Part shown: positions 48,517 through 59,145 of the stretch, piece after piece | How the letters are laid out: the number at the start of each line of letters is the position of its first letter | Numbering within the stretch: position 1 is the stretch's first letter | Origin: a bacterium | GTDB lineage: Bacteria; Fidelibacterota; UBA2242 | Assembly (NCBI GenBank): GCA_018824205.1 | Contig: JAHJGX010000253.1 | Location: forward strand, 126 to 64,125 | DNA length: 64,000 nucleotides | Reading direction: 5' to 3' | The notes under the pieces: generated by a model | What the model was told of the DNA's origin: nothing | Seen by the model: only the letters and a program-made list of their open reading frames with translations | The model's database searches: none | Program-made: the position numbers and the translations under genes

Positions 48517-50888
48517 TCAAACGATTCACAATTAGTATATTACTTTTATCAATGACCCTTTTCGGTCAGGCGTTTCGTCTGTCAAAACCGTTTCTGAATG
48601 ATTCCACACTTGTTTACGAGGGTTTGGGTAGCAACGGTGTTACCCAGATCGCATTTCAGGGAGATTCGCTAACCTGGTTTGCCACTGGTGGCGGGTTGAG
48701 CAAAACATCTGATTTCGGTAGATCGTTCTCTAGTTACTATGGTGGCGATTTTAACATGCCTCGTGGTGGAATTTCTGCGCTTGCCACGCTTGATTCGGTA
48801 ATATGGGTAGCTGGCGTTTTTGATTCCAAAACCGACTTAGGTTCACAGCAAACCGGCGGTGGTCTTGCATATTCAAAAGATTATGGAGAAACATGGACGT
48901 ACGTGCCCCAGCCACAGGATGTTATCGTTTCAGTTTTGAATATGTCTGGTTCACCTGGCGATGTTATCGACGTTCCATTACGACTAACAAACGTTGATGA
49001 TAAAAGTATTCAATCCTATGAAATAGAAATTATTTATGACTCTGCTGAATTAACATTTGCAGGTATATCCCAAGAAAATACAATAGCTGAATCCTGGAAA
49101 GATCCAGATGTTACGCTATTAAAAGATAAACTTATTATTCGGAATTCCAGTGATTTTCCTTTGACAATGAAAGATTCCGATGATAATTCAGACAATCTTC
49201 TGTTTTTGAAATTCCAATGTGATAACACGTCTTTAGCAAAATCAATAATACGATTCGCAAATATTGTTTTTAATCAAGGAAATCCAATTGCTGATTGGAA
49301 ATCCGCTACATTTACAATTAACAGTGATTCAACCGGTAATCTGTTCCGTATACCGGATGCCTCTTATTATGCGAGCTCAATCTCCTCCCTACCTGTATTT
49401 TTTAATCCTGTCACACAAGTTAAAATAAATTCTGTTAAAATAATTTTTTGTTTTGATCCCGAAGTGGTTACACTATTAAATGCTAAAAAGGGTCCGGTTT
49501 TCGATGATGATTGGAATTTGACAACGCAAACAATTGAAAATGGAAAAATCACAGTTACAATATCCAGTCAAGATTCTCTGACCTTGAGCTCTGATGTTGA
49601 ATTACTCACTCTTTCAGTTTTCTCAAGGGATAACGACAATCAAACTTCACGCATATGCATTGATGATGTTCGTTTAAATGGTGAAGTAATAAACAAAATC
49701 ATTGATAACGCGTTAATTTTCGTCGTTCCACAAAACCCCTATTACAAAGAAAGAGTTGAGTTTCAATCAATTACCACACCAATCAACAACACTACATGGG
49801 ATATTTCTCTCTGTAAAATTGATGACGATTCCATATATGTTTATATCACCAGTTGGGCCGGTGGATTACGCCGTAGTCGGAATTATGGCGCTACCTGGCA
49901 ACGCCTTCCCCTTCCTAGTGACGAAGAAAATATGCTCATTTGTGGCGAAGTAATAGATTACGATATCGATCCCCGTGACCCGCCGGTAGGAAATCATAAC
50001 CATAAAGGTTTCAGTGTTCTCGCCGATAGCAACACCATCTGGGTCGGGACGGCCAATGGTGTCAATCTAGGTGTTATTGAGCTCGATGGCTGTATCAGCT
50101 GGCAAAAATATAACGCTCAGAATTCAAATCTGTCCGGCAATTTCATTATTGCCTTGGCCCGGCAATATTACAATGGCCAGGAAACAATCTGGGTCGGCGC
50201 ATTAACGGCAGAGAGCGGCAACGAAATACGGGCTGTCAACAAAACCACTGACAGCGGATTAAGCTGGACCCGAACGCTTGTCGGTGAACGGATTTACAAC
50301 TTTGCCTTTGACGGACCAACGGTGTATGTCTGCACAGAGCGCGGACTTTTTAAATCCCTTGATGGTGAAAACTGGGCGCTTTACGATCCGGCTGTGGATA
50401 CGGATAAAAATGAATATCTCTTTTCCGAAGACGTATATGCCGCCGGTGTAGATTCTCGTAAAGATACAACTTATTTGTGGCTGGGTACTTCCGATGGAAT
50501 CGCTAAAACGGCCAATGACGGTATCAGCTGGTCGACCTATCGTCAGTACCTTTCTACCAGCCAGGCCGGTCAACCGGAAATATACGCCTACCCAAATCCC
50601 TTTGCCCCGAATTTCCACAATGTCACCGGTGGTGATGGTCATGTTCGAATTCAGTATTATTTGGAAGATAATGCAATTGTAAAACTGGAAATATACGATT
50701 TTGCCATGGATCGGGTGTATTCCAGTGAATTCCAATCCATAGAGCATCCCGGAGACAATTCAATAGTCTGGAACGGTCGCAATCGTGCCGGTGATATTGT
50801 TGCCAACGGGACCTATTTTTGCAAGTTAACCATCAAAGAAAACGATAAGGAGACGGCGCACTGGACAAAGCTTATCGTTGTAAAATAA
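48513..50888 (+). CDS. Beta-propeller protein with C-terminal FlgD-Ig/CTD (PorZ-like) and two inserted cohesin-like domains
   Basis: WxGTxxG and SxDxGxTW blades; YAYPNPF...IYDF...WNGRN...ANGTYF; cohesin-like 48921-49730. Confidence 0.7.
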   Translation: MIKRFTISILLLSMTLFGQAFRLSKPFLNDSTLVYEGLGSNGVTQIAFQGDSLTWFATGGGLSKTSDFGRSFSSYYGGDFNMPRGGISALATLDSVIWVAGVFDSKTDLGSQQTGGGLAYSKDYGETWTYVPQPQDVIVSVLNMSGSPGDVIDVPLRLTNVDDKSIQSYEIEIIYDSAELTFAGISQENTIAESWKDPDVTLLKDKLIIRNSSDFPLTMKDSDDNSDNLLFLKFQCDNTSLAKSIIRFANIVFNQGNPIADWKSATFTINSDSTGNLFRIPDASYYASSISSLPVFFNPVTQVKINSVKIIFCFDPEVVTLLNAKKGPVFDDDWNLTTQTIENGKITVTISSQDSLTLSSDVELLTLSVFSRDNDNQTSRICIDDVRLNGEVINKIIDNALIFVVPQNPYYKERVEFQSITTPINNTTWDISLCKIDDDSIYVYITSWAGGLRRSRNYGATWQRLPLPSDEENMLICGEVIDYDIDPRDPPVGNHNHKGFSVLADSNTIWVGTANGVNLGVIELDGCISWQKYNAQNSNLSGNFIIALARQYYNGQETIWVGALTAESGNEIRAVNKTTDSGLSWTRTLVGERIYNFAFDGPTVYVCTERGLFKSLDGENWALYDPAVDTDKNEYLFSEDVYAAGVDSRKDTTYLWLGTSDGIAKTANDGISWSTYRQYLSTSQAGQPEIYAYPNPFAPNFHNVTGGDGHVRIQYYLEDNAIVKLEIYDFAMDRVYSSEFQSIEHPGDNSIVWNGRNRAGDIVANGTYFCKLTIKENDKETAHWTKLIVVK

Positions 50889-50893
50889 CCGGA

Positions 50894-51820
50894 ATGAAGC
50901 GTTTACAATACACATTACTGCTTCTGATCAGTTTTACCATTTTTAGCTCCGCAGATACCGGTGATAATGCAGGTTATGCCGGTTCCTTTTTACGAATGGG
51001 ACTTGGGGCCCGGTCGCTGGCGATGGGCAATGCCGGGGTTGCAGACAGTGAAAACGGATTTGCGGCCTACTATAATCCAGCCGGTCTCTCATATCTGAAA
51101 GACCGACATCTGTCAACAACCTATTATTTCCTCAGCCTCGACCGTCAATTGCATTATGTTGGACTCGCCTTTCCACTGAAACCAAGCGCGGGAATTTCTG
51201 TTGCTTGGATGCACGCCGGGGTCACCGATATTCAAGGCCGGACTTTCACCGGTATCCCTGACGAGGTTTACGATACCGGCGAAAATGTCGTTTACCTGTC
51301 CTTTTCCAACGCTTTTCACCGCCGTATTTCAGTTGGTTTAAATTTCAAAATACTAAGTCACAGCATGCTCGACCTGACCGGCAGCGGTCTCGGATTTGAC
51401 ATCGGCGTATTACTGAAACCTTTTGACCGTATCTCCATTGGTATTCTTTTAAAAGATATTGGCGCCAGTTACACCTGGAACACCCAGGATCTTTTTGGTG
51501 ATCGGGGTGGCAATTATACCGATACATTTCCACAAATTTTAAAAATCGGCCTGGCCTACAGTCATAATTCCACCTTCGCTTTCATCGGTGATGTCGAACT
51601 TTCCGATAAACAGGATTACCGGGTACATTTTGGCGGTGAGTACCTTGTCGGCGATATTCTTTTCCTGCGAATGGGCCTGGACAACATCAATCCTACATTC
51701 GGCGCCGGCCTGGCCTATGGATTTATGAAAGACATTCAAACCCAGATTGATTACAGCGCCATGATCGGCCTTGTCGGCGAGGGCAGCACTCACGTCTTCT
51801 CCTGGGAATTCAAGTTTTAA
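50894..51820 (+). CDS. PorV/PorQ family protein
   Basis: FLRMGLGARSLAMG, YYNPAGL, FDIG, C-terminal F. Confidence 0.85.
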   Translation: MKRLQYTLLLLISFTIFSSADTGDNAGYAGSFLRMGLGARSLAMGNAGVADSENGFAAYYNPAGLSYLKDRHLSTTYYFLSLDRQLHYVGLAFPLKPSAGISVAWMHAGVTDIQGRTFTGIPDEVYDTGENVVYLSFSNAFHRRISVGLNFKILSHSMLDLTGSGLGFDIGVLLKPFDRISIGILLKDIGASYTWNTQDLFGDRGGNYTDTFPQILKIGLAYSHNSTFAFIGDVELSDKQDYRVHFGGEYLVGDILFLRMGLDNINPTFGAGLAYGFMKDIQTQIDYSAMIGLVGEGSTHVFSWEFKF

Positions 51821-51837
51821 ACATCGCAGGTATATTA

Positions 51838-52737
51838 ATGAAACAAAAATCTCTGGTATTCACACTATTATTTTCTATGTTTTTTTATCCCATAAACGCC
51901 GAGCTGCTGAACAGCGGAATGTCCTTTTTACAGATTCCATCTTCTGCGCAGTCGGCGGCCACAATGACGGTGTTTTCGCAGTCCAGCCAGTCGCCGCTGG
52001 CCATATTTGAAAACCCCGTTGGAATCGGAAATACACAGACGACGTTTGCACTTTCCCATCATTTCTGGTTTTCAGATATCAACATTGATGTTTTGGCATT
52101 TTCAATGCCCTTCAGAAAGTTCAGTGTGGGTTTCGGATTGAACTATGTCCGAATCCCCGGTGTGGAAATTCGTGAAACACCGACCGATGAGCCACTTGCT
52201 AATGTAGAGCCGCAATACCTGGCCGCAGCGGCAGCGTATACCTGGTCACCTCTCCCGAAGGTTACCATAGGAATCACCGGTAAATTTCTCTATGAGCATC
52301 TGTATACATACACCGATAATGGCGTCGCATTCGACGTCGCCGCCCGCTGGAATGCACCCAGCATGCTGGACATCTCTTTCAGGCTGCAAAACATCGGATA
52401 TCTTCATTCCGGCATCGATGAAAACCGATTGCCGGGGACTCTTACTATTGGCATCGTTCGACCTGAAATATTTGAGGGCAATAATCTGAACGGGGCAATT
52501 GGTTTGAACCTTGGTTCAAATATGGTTTCCGGCGAAGCATTCGCCCAGGTCGGGGCAGAGTTGGACTATCGGGATATTCTTTCGGTCCGGAGTGGTTTCG
52601 CCCATATCGGTTCCGAAAACCGGGAGTCAATCGGTTTCGGGATCCACCTGGACCGCTTTACATTTGATTACGCTTATTTGTTTATGCCGGAGGGGTTTAA
52701 TAATCCCCATATCTTAACGATTAGCTACCGCCCCTGA
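51838..52737 (+). CDS. PorV/PorQ family protein
   Basis: FLQIPSSAQSAA, FENPVG, FDV, LQNIG, FDYAY. Confidence 0.75.
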   Translation: MKQKSLVFTLLFSMFFYPINAELLNSGMSFLQIPSSAQSAATMTVFSQSSQSPLAIFENPVGIGNTQTTFALSHHFWFSDINIDVLAFSMPFRKFSVGFGLNYVRIPGVEIRETPTDEPLANVEPQYLAAAAAYTWSPLPKVTIGITGKFLYEHLYTYTDNGVAFDVAARWNAPSMLDISFRLQNIGYLHSGIDENRLPGTLTIGIVRPEIFEGNNLNGAIGLNLGSNMVSGEAFAQVGAELDYRDILSVRSGFAHIGSENRESIGFGIHLDRFTFDYAYLFMPEGFNNPHILTISYRP

Positions 52738-52748
52738 TTTGATATCTT

Positions 52749-52978
52749 CTATTCCAATCGAAATTCTATCGGAATAACTATATAGACGCCAACACTGATA
52801 TCACGCTGTTTTGCGGGTTTAAATTTTGTTTTTCGGACTGCGTCTATTGCCGCCTCATCAAGACCGGTTTTAGGGATACCCTGGACCACCCAACACTCTC
52901 CCACATTACCTTTTTCGTCAATATATGCAGCAACCAATACGGTGCCGGAAATCTCAGCTTCTCGTGCAATTTCTATGT
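52749..52978 (-). pseudogene. TonB C-terminal domain remnant
   Basis: EIAREAEISGTVLV...IDEKG...LDEAAIDAV...FKPA...IPIEFRL; no TM anchor or proline-rich linker. Confidence 0.7.
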
Positions 52979-53104
52979 GAATGTTATGAATATTTTTATT
53001 TAAATCAACAACTTTATAACACTAACGTTTACTGCTTTCTATTGTATAACCCCTTATTATCCTGTACATTTATGGCTCGTTATTTTAAAAGGATTACAAT
53101 ACAA

Positions 53105-54919
53105 ATGCGTAAAAATAAATTCAGAAATATTGCCATCATCGCCCATGTGGACCATGGTAAAACCACACTGGTAGATGGAATGCTCAAACAGAGCGGCATC
53201 TTCCGGGAAAATCAAACCGTGGAAACCCGGATCATGGACAACATGGACCTGGAGCGGGAACGGGGCATTACCATAAACGCCAAAAACACAGCGATCTGGT
53301 ACAAAGACACCAAGATCAACATTATTGATACTCCCGGGCATGCGGATTTCGGCGGCGAAGTCGAACGCGGCCTGAATATGGTGGATGGCGCCATCCTGCT
53401 GGTCGATGCCAGTGAAGGCCCGCTGCCTCAAACCAGGTTTGTTGTGAAAAAAGCACTTGCTAAACAGCTGTCCATGATTCTGGTGATCAACAAAATCGAC
53501 CGCCGTGACGCACGCATTAAGGAAGTAATCAATGAGGTCTACGATCTTTTTATCGACCTGGGCGCCAGTGAAGAGCAGATTGAATTTCCGATTCTGTATA
53601 CACAGGCCAAGTTAGGTGAAGCCCATCGCAGCCTGGGTGATGGTTCCGTAAACCTGCAGCCGTTATTTGAAACCATTGTCGAGACGATTCCCGGACCGAT
53701 TGTGGATGATGAAAAAACTACTCAGTTTCTGATCACAAACCTGGATTATGATCCCTATGTTGGTCAAATCGCTATCGGCCGCATAAGCAACGGTCACCTG
53801 GAAATGAACCGCAATTATTCGCTGTGTTGTGAAACTACAATTGTAAACAACATCAAGTTCTCAGCATTATACACCTTTGAAGGTCTGAAAAAAACCAGCG
53901 TGGAAAAGGTTGAGGCCGGTGATATTATCGCCCTGGCCGGTGTTCCGAATATACATATCGGCGATACCATTTCGTCCGCTGAAAATCCGGTTCCCCTTCC
54001 CAGAATTCAGGTTGACGAACCGACTATTTCCATGCTGTTTTACGTCAATACCAGCCCCCTCGCCGGCAATGAATCCAGCTATCTCACGTCACGGCAATTG
54101 AAAGAACGGCTTGAACGGGAAACATTGCGCAATGTCTCCATGCGGGTCAAACCGGTCAAGGGCCGGGCCGATGTATTTGAAGTTTGCGGCCGGGGCGAGC
54201 TGCAAATGGCGGTGCTGATTGAAACCATGCGGCGCGAAGGCTACGCCCTGATGGTATCCAAACCGCGGGTCATTACAAAAATTATCGACGGAAAAAAGCA
54301 TGAACCTGTTGAGCGGGTATTTATCGATGTTCCCGATGTATTTATCGGTGTCGTCACTGAAGGTCTGTCCAAGCGCAAAGGCCGCATGACAAATTTGATT
54401 AATCCCGGTCACGGACGCGTTAACCTGGAAATCCTGATTCCCACCCGTGGTCTGATTGGATTTCGCAGTCAGTTTTTAACAGAAACCAAGGGAACCGGCG
54501 TAATGAACACCCTTTTTGAGAGTTACGAACCCTGGTTTGGACCGATTCCCCAGCGTCAGTCCGGGGCGCTCGTGGCCGACCGCAATGGCAGAGTAACCGC
54601 CTATGCCAGTTTTGGCATGGTGGATCGTGGCGAGCTGTTTATCGGGCCGGGAACCGAGGTCTATCGCGGAATGATTATCGGCGAACGAAACCGCCAGCAA
54701 GACCTGGACATCAATATCACCAGAGAAAAGAAATTGACCAATATGCGGGCAGCTTCTGCCGACGCAACCATCACCCTGCGCCCGCCACGCATGCTGTCGC
54801 TGGATCAGTCGATTGAATTTATTGCTGAGGACGAACTGGTGGATGTATCCCCCATGTCGGTGCGCTTACGAAAAATGGAACTTGACCCAAATCTGCGGAA
54901 AAGGTTTTCTTCCGATTAA
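53105..54919 (+). CDS. typA: Translational GTPase TypA/BipA
   Basis: [46 protein letters not shown]. Confidence 0.97.
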   Translation: MRKNKFRNIAIIAHVDHGKTTLVDGMLKQSGIFRENQTVETRIMDNMDLERERGITINAKNTAIWYKDTKINIIDTPGHADFGGEVERGLNMVDGAILLVDASEGPLPQTRFVVKKALAKQLSMILVINKIDRRDARIKEVINEVYDLFIDLGASEEQIEFPILYTQAKLGEAHRSLGDGSVNLQPLFETIVETIPGPIVDDEKTTQFLITNLDYDPYVGQIAIGRISNGHLEMNRNYSLCCETTIVNNIKFSALYTFEGLKKTSVEKVEAGDIIALAGVPNIHIGDTISSAENPVPLPRIQVDEPTISMLFYVNTSPLAGNESSYLTSRQLKERLERETLRNVSMRVKPVKGRADVFEVCGRGELQMAVLIETMRREGYALMVSKPRVITKIIDGKKHEPVERVFIDVPDVFIGVVTEGLSKRKGRMTNLINPGHGRVNLEILIPTRGLIGFRSQFLTETKGTGVMNTLFESYEPWFGPIPQRQSGALVADRNGRVTAYASFGMVDRGELFIGPGTEVYRGMIIGERNRQQDLDINITREKKLTNMRAASADATITLRPPRMLSLDQSIEFIAEDELVDVSPMSVRLRKMELDPNLRKRFSSD

Positions 54920-54922
54920 CAA

Positions 54923-55297
54923 TTACGTTTCCCGGCTGGAATAATCACTCAGCCGCTCAATGACAAACGCTCTTACTATCGGATCTATCGTATAGCTGGC
55001 ATCAAAAAAATGCTGTAAAATCGGGTCTCTTTCAAAGCTTCCATCGGGAATGAGAATCGGGGTCATTTTGTGATATCTTTCACGCCCTTCCCCATCATCA
55101 ACGCCTTTATGTGTATAACCACCTGTTTGCTGCCAGGTCAGGGCTTTTTCGCCAGGTCCTTTGTCATAGCACAACTGAAAGCCCAGTATTGTATTTTCCG
55201 GAGTCTGCCAGACAATCAGATCGAAGTACTCATCGGTAAACCAACGGCGAAAAGGTTCTCCATCGACTTGCCGGGCATTTTTAAGTTCCGTGAGCAT
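54923..55297 (-). CDS. Conserved hypothetical protein
   Basis: 124 aa ORF with protein-like composition (RRWF, FDLIVW, GFQLCYD). Confidence 0.7.
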   Translation of the reverse strand: MLTELKNARQVDGEPFRRWFTDEYFDLIVWQTPENTILGFQLCYDKGPGEKALTWQQTGGYTHKGVDDGEGRERYHKMTPILIPDGSFERDPILQHFFDASYTIDPIVRAFVIERLSDYSSRET

Positions 55298-55383
55298 GAA
55301 TGATGTTTTCTTTTGTTCCGGGTTAATATAAAAAAACCAGCGGTTTCCCGTAGGGTTTATTTTTTCAACGTGATCGTAGTCAC

Positions 55384-57495
55384 TTAAAGATTCTCAACGA
55401 TCAGGTTCAGATCAAATTCCCGGATTTCACCCGGTTTTAGGCTGACATTAATTGTGGGAACGATGACCGAGCTCTGGTAAACCCGTTCGAATCCAGCCTC
55501 TGACAACGATACGGTTTCCACTGGAAAATACCAGAATTCGTCTGTACCTTTCGCTTTCAGAATCAATCGGAATTTATCCCATTCATTGACCACTGACATT
55601 GAAGAAATATCGGTTAAAATACCGTGACTATTCAGCGCCGGATTTTCCAGTTTTTTCCCATCGGCCATATAATACCGGTCCGGCGTATTACCACCCAGCA
55701 TCGCAAAATTGAATTCCGTCCCAAAACGGAAGCTGTTTTCCTTTTCACCGGTATTGTTCAGGCGATAATGAATCTTTAATACGGACTTTTCGTAGATAAT
55801 TGTTTTCTCAATCCGGAATTTCTGCCAGTTCGCCCATCCATCCCGACTGAAACGAATTGTTTTCTGCTTTTTATCCACAGAACAGTTATAAAGTCCCTGA
55901 ATAAAATCGCTGTCTTCATAGTATTCACCATTGCGGAACTGATCAAATGTGACCGTCGGATTAATGATATGGTCCAGCAGATTCTTACGGGGATACTGGT
56001 CGTATTTCAGATAGTTCTCCAGCCCTTCTTCTTTGGCCATCACATTGTCATGGATCGAGCCGTTGGCAGAATCTGACCCGGCCTTGAGTACCTTGCGGTG
56101 ATAAGCTTCCCGGTAGCGCTTCAGACTGTTTAATACGTTATAGGATTTGTCCAGCAGTGACAATTCAGTCATCATGGCGCCACGGTGAGGAGCGAACACA
56201 GTCAGGATATTATCGGAGGTGATCAGCAATTCCTTGTCGCCATCGACGTCGATATCCAATTCCGCCACATGGAAAGCCGAACGTTTTTCAATTTTGTTCA
56301 AGATCTGTTCGCATTTGAGTAATTCACCATACAGCGCGTGCCGCAGGTGGGGCAGGTAAAGCCCGCCGAAAATTCCATGCCAGTAAGCGCAGTTACACAT
56401 GCTTCGCCAGAGATGATCGCGGGCATTCTGCAGATCTTTTTTATCTGCGGAGACCACTTTTTCACTGTCGATTCCATGATAGCGGTCGGACAGATGCTGC
56501 ATCTTTTTCTGAATCCAGTTGGCCTCATCGTATTTGAACAGAAAATTGCGCCAGATACCGCCTTTGATAAAGGGTTTGACCTCGTCGCCACGTTCCTGAT
56601 TATCAAATTCCTTGACCAGATCACTAAATTTCTCGCCGGCCTCCCAGGGCAAAGACCACTCACTCATTTCGAAATAGGATGCCGTCGGCAGGTAGATCCG
56701 GCCTTTGGGTGAATGCCCGGAATAGTAATCCGCAAAGGTTTGAGTCTTCAGCCAGTCACTGTTTTCTTCCAGTGTTTTCATAAAACCACGGAGCCAGCCC
56801 TGTTCGAATACTGTCTCATATGTTCCGGGCCAGACCCCGAATTTTTCGCCATCATCGGCCATAACGATTGCATTGTTGGCATCATCGGTAACATATTGAC
56901 GCAGATGGTCGATCGTTTCCTGGGGATCTTTAAATGGAATTGCGTAGCGCAGTTTCTGGCTGATCGGAAAAATCGACAGTCCATAGCCCTGTTCTTCGGT
57001 AATAAAATGACCGGTCAGGTCCTTTTCCATTTTCCCGGTTCCCAGAAAATGATAATCGTCCACGGTAATGTATTTAATCCCGGCCTCGGCGATCGGTTTT
57101 GCCAGGGATGGTTCCCAGACCCGCTCGGTCAGCCAGAGCCCTTTGGGCTCATATCCGAAACGCTGGCGAATATAGTCGTTCATCATTTTAATCTGACCGA
57201 CTTTATCCACATCGGGAATAACGGCCAAAACCGGCTCAAAAAAACCGCCGCTGATGATTTCGACGTTCCCGCGTTTTACCATTCTGGCGACCCGGTCCAG
57301 ATATTCCGGATGATATTTTTCCAGCCATTCCAGCAGACAACCGCTGAAATGAAACGTCAGGGCAATCGACGGAAAATCTTCAGCCACTTCCACAAAGGGC
57401 AGATAGCTGTGCCGGTAGGCGTGCTCGACGACAAAGTCAAAGTTGCCTACCGGCTGATGATTATGTATTCCAAAAATAAAATTTACTGTTTTCAA
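55384..57495 (-). CDS. GH57 alpha-amylase / 4-alpha-glucanotransferase (DUF1925/DUF1926)
   Basis: HNHQPVGN, WLTERVWEP, DDGEKFG, YWHGIFGGLYLPHLR, SEAGFE. Confidence 0.93.
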   Translation of the reverse strand: MKTVNFIFGIHNHQPVGNFDFVVEHAYRHSYLPFVEVAEDFPSIALTFHFSGCLLEWLEKYHPEYLDRVARMVKRGNVEIISGGFFEPVLAVIPDVDKVGQIKMMNDYIRQRFGYEPKGLWLTERVWEPSLAKPIAEAGIKYITVDDYHFLGTGKMEKDLTGHFITEEQGYGLSIFPISQKLRYAIPFKDPQETIDHLRQYVTDDANNAIVMADDGEKFGVWPGTYETVFEQGWLRGFMKTLEENSDWLKTQTFADYYSGHSPKGRIYLPTASYFEMSEWSLPWEAGEKFSDLVKEFDNQERGDEVKPFIKGGIWRNFLFKYDEANWIQKKMQHLSDRYHGIDSEKVVSADKKDLQNARDHLWRSMCNCAYWHGIFGGLYLPHLRHALYGELLKCEQILNKIEKRSAFHVAELDIDVDGDKELLITSDNILTVFAPHRGAMMTELSLLDKSYNVLNSLKRYREAYHRKVLKAGSDSANGSIHDNVMAKEEGLENYLKYDQYPRKNLLDHIINPTVTFDQFRNGEYYEDSDFIQGLYNCSVDKKQKTIRFSRDGWANWQKFRIEKTIIYEKSVLKIHYRLNNTGEKENSFRFGTEFNFAMLGGNTPDRYYMADGKKLENPALNSHGILTDISSMSVVNEWDKFRLILKAKGTDEFWYFPVETVSLSEAGFERVYQSSVIVPTINVSLKPGEIREFDLNLIVENL

Positions 57496-57512
57496 TTAGA
57501 CAAACGCCTCAT

Positions 57513-58520
57513 TTACATCTTGTCGATCATCAACTGAACAAGATCGACAACCCGGCAGGTGTATCCGTATTCGTTATCGTACCAGCCGGAAACCTTGACC
57601 ATACCTTCGGGTAAAACCATTGTCATCTTGGAGTCAAAAATAACGGAATAGGGTTCGCCGATCACATCGGTGGATACGAACTCATCTTCTGTATACAACA
57701 TAATGCCTTTGAGCGGACCGTCTGCGGCCTTTTTCATCGCAGCATTAATATCTTCAACCGTGGCCGGTTTTTCGAGCTCAAGGATCAATTCGGTTAGTGA
57801 ACCGTCGGGAGTTGGTACGCGATAAGCTACACCGCCCATTTTTCCTTTTACCTGGGGAATGACTTTTCCGATGGCTTTGGCGGCGCCGGTAGATGTGGGA
57901 ATTACCGACATCGCGGCAGCGCGGGCCCTTCTGAGATCGCTGTGCGGAGCATCCAGCAGGTTCTGGTCCATGGTATAGGCATGAATTGTCAGCAGAAAAC
58001 CCTGTTTGATTCCCCAGTTGTCAACGATAACTTTCGCCATAGGAGCGGCACAGTTGGTAGTGCAGGAAGCGTTGGATACAATTTCCTCGGTGCCTTTATA
58101 ATCGTCGGTATTCACACCCAGAACAATCGTTCCGTCGATCTCGTCCTTGGCCGGTACAGTCAAAATAACTTTTTTCGCGCCGGCGGCCAGGTGAGCGGCG
58201 ATCTGGACCCTTTTCCGGAAAACACCGGTAGCTTCAATGACAATATCCACACCCAGTTCTTTCCAGGGCAGCTGGGCCGGATCTTTTTCGGCGTACACCG
58301 GGATTTTCTTACCGTCAACAACAATAGAATTTCCATCGACTTCGACGGTTCCCGGAAATTTACGATGTACCGAATCGTGTTTCAGTAAGGCGCCCAGTGT
58401 TTTAGCGTCGGTCAAATCGTTGATCGCAACGACTTCCCAATCTTTTCCCAACTCCTTAGATGCACGTATAAAAGCTCTCCCTATTCGTCCAAAACCATTA
58501 ATAGCCAGTTTAGTTGCCAT
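57513..58520 (-). CDS. gap: Glyceraldehyde-3-phosphate dehydrogenase, type I
   Basis: INGFGRIGR, SNASCTTNC, WYDNE. Confidence 0.98.
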   Translation of the reverse strand: MATKLAINGFGRIGRAFIRASKELGKDWEVVAINDLTDAKTLGALLKHDSVHRKFPGTVEVDGNSIVVDGKKIPVYAEKDPAQLPWKELGVDIVIEATGVFRKRVQIAAHLAAGAKKVILTVPAKDEIDGTIVLGVNTDDYKGTEEIVSNASCTTNCAAPMAKVIVDNWGIKQGFLLTIHAYTMDQNLLDAPHSDLRRARAAAMSVIPTSTGAAKAIGKVIPQVKGKMGGVAYRVPTPDGSLTELILELEKPATVEDINAAMKKAADGPLKGIMLYTEDEFVSTDVIGEPYSVIFDSKMTMVLPEGMVKVSGWYDNEYGYTCRVVDLVQLMIDKM

Positions 58521-58798
58521 TTTCAAACTCCTTTTGGTTTAGTTTTTCAATTTGTACAATTATTCTCTGTTTTAAGTGTAACTCCGTCATGAGTCAACGG
58601 AAACGAATTTAGGTTTTTCCATAAACTTTTACAAGGAAATCATCACAGTCGGTGTGGCGCGTCTTAACGGAAGAAGCGGAAATCCAAAAGCGTCCGCTGT
58701 GGATTGCAACGGAGGCTTTGCGTGAATTGAAAAGTGATGTCGTTCAGAAGTGTTCGAAATGCTGATTATCTTATTTAATCAATAACCTAACAGAATCC

Positions 58799-59037
58799 CT
58801 TTCGGGAAACGAAACAATCCTCCTGGCCGAGAACGAAGATATGGTCCGCAATCTTGTGGCGGAAAAATTGACGATAATTCATCCCGGACTTAGGGTGATT
58901 TATATGTCCGGATATATGGACTATGTCATCACTCGACACGACATCTTATCGGACAGTGTGTGTTTTTACAAAAACCGTTCACAATGAATGTTTTATTAAA
59001 AGAGGTCCGCAGAGTAATAGATACCGAAAATGAGTGA
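58799..59037 (+). pseudogene. Degraded receiver domain of a hybrid histidine kinase
   Basis: GNETILLAENEDMVR...VIYMSGY...(frameshift) LQKPFT...VRRVI; internal deletion removes the phospho-Asp region. Confidence 0.75.
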
Positions 59038-59145
59038 AGTCGGGGGTACTGACTGTGGCCGCTTGTTCGCAGCTTCAATTGAGATTCAGGAACAGTGAAA
59101 CGAATATATCACTGAGCAGTATTGGCGGATTAAGTCACACTTTAA

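Noticed and set aside
56713-57537. Long antisense ORFs over GH57 (and similarly over metH, sprA, hutU, gap)
   Set aside because: Typical codon-bias shadows of conserved genes; no independent motifs.
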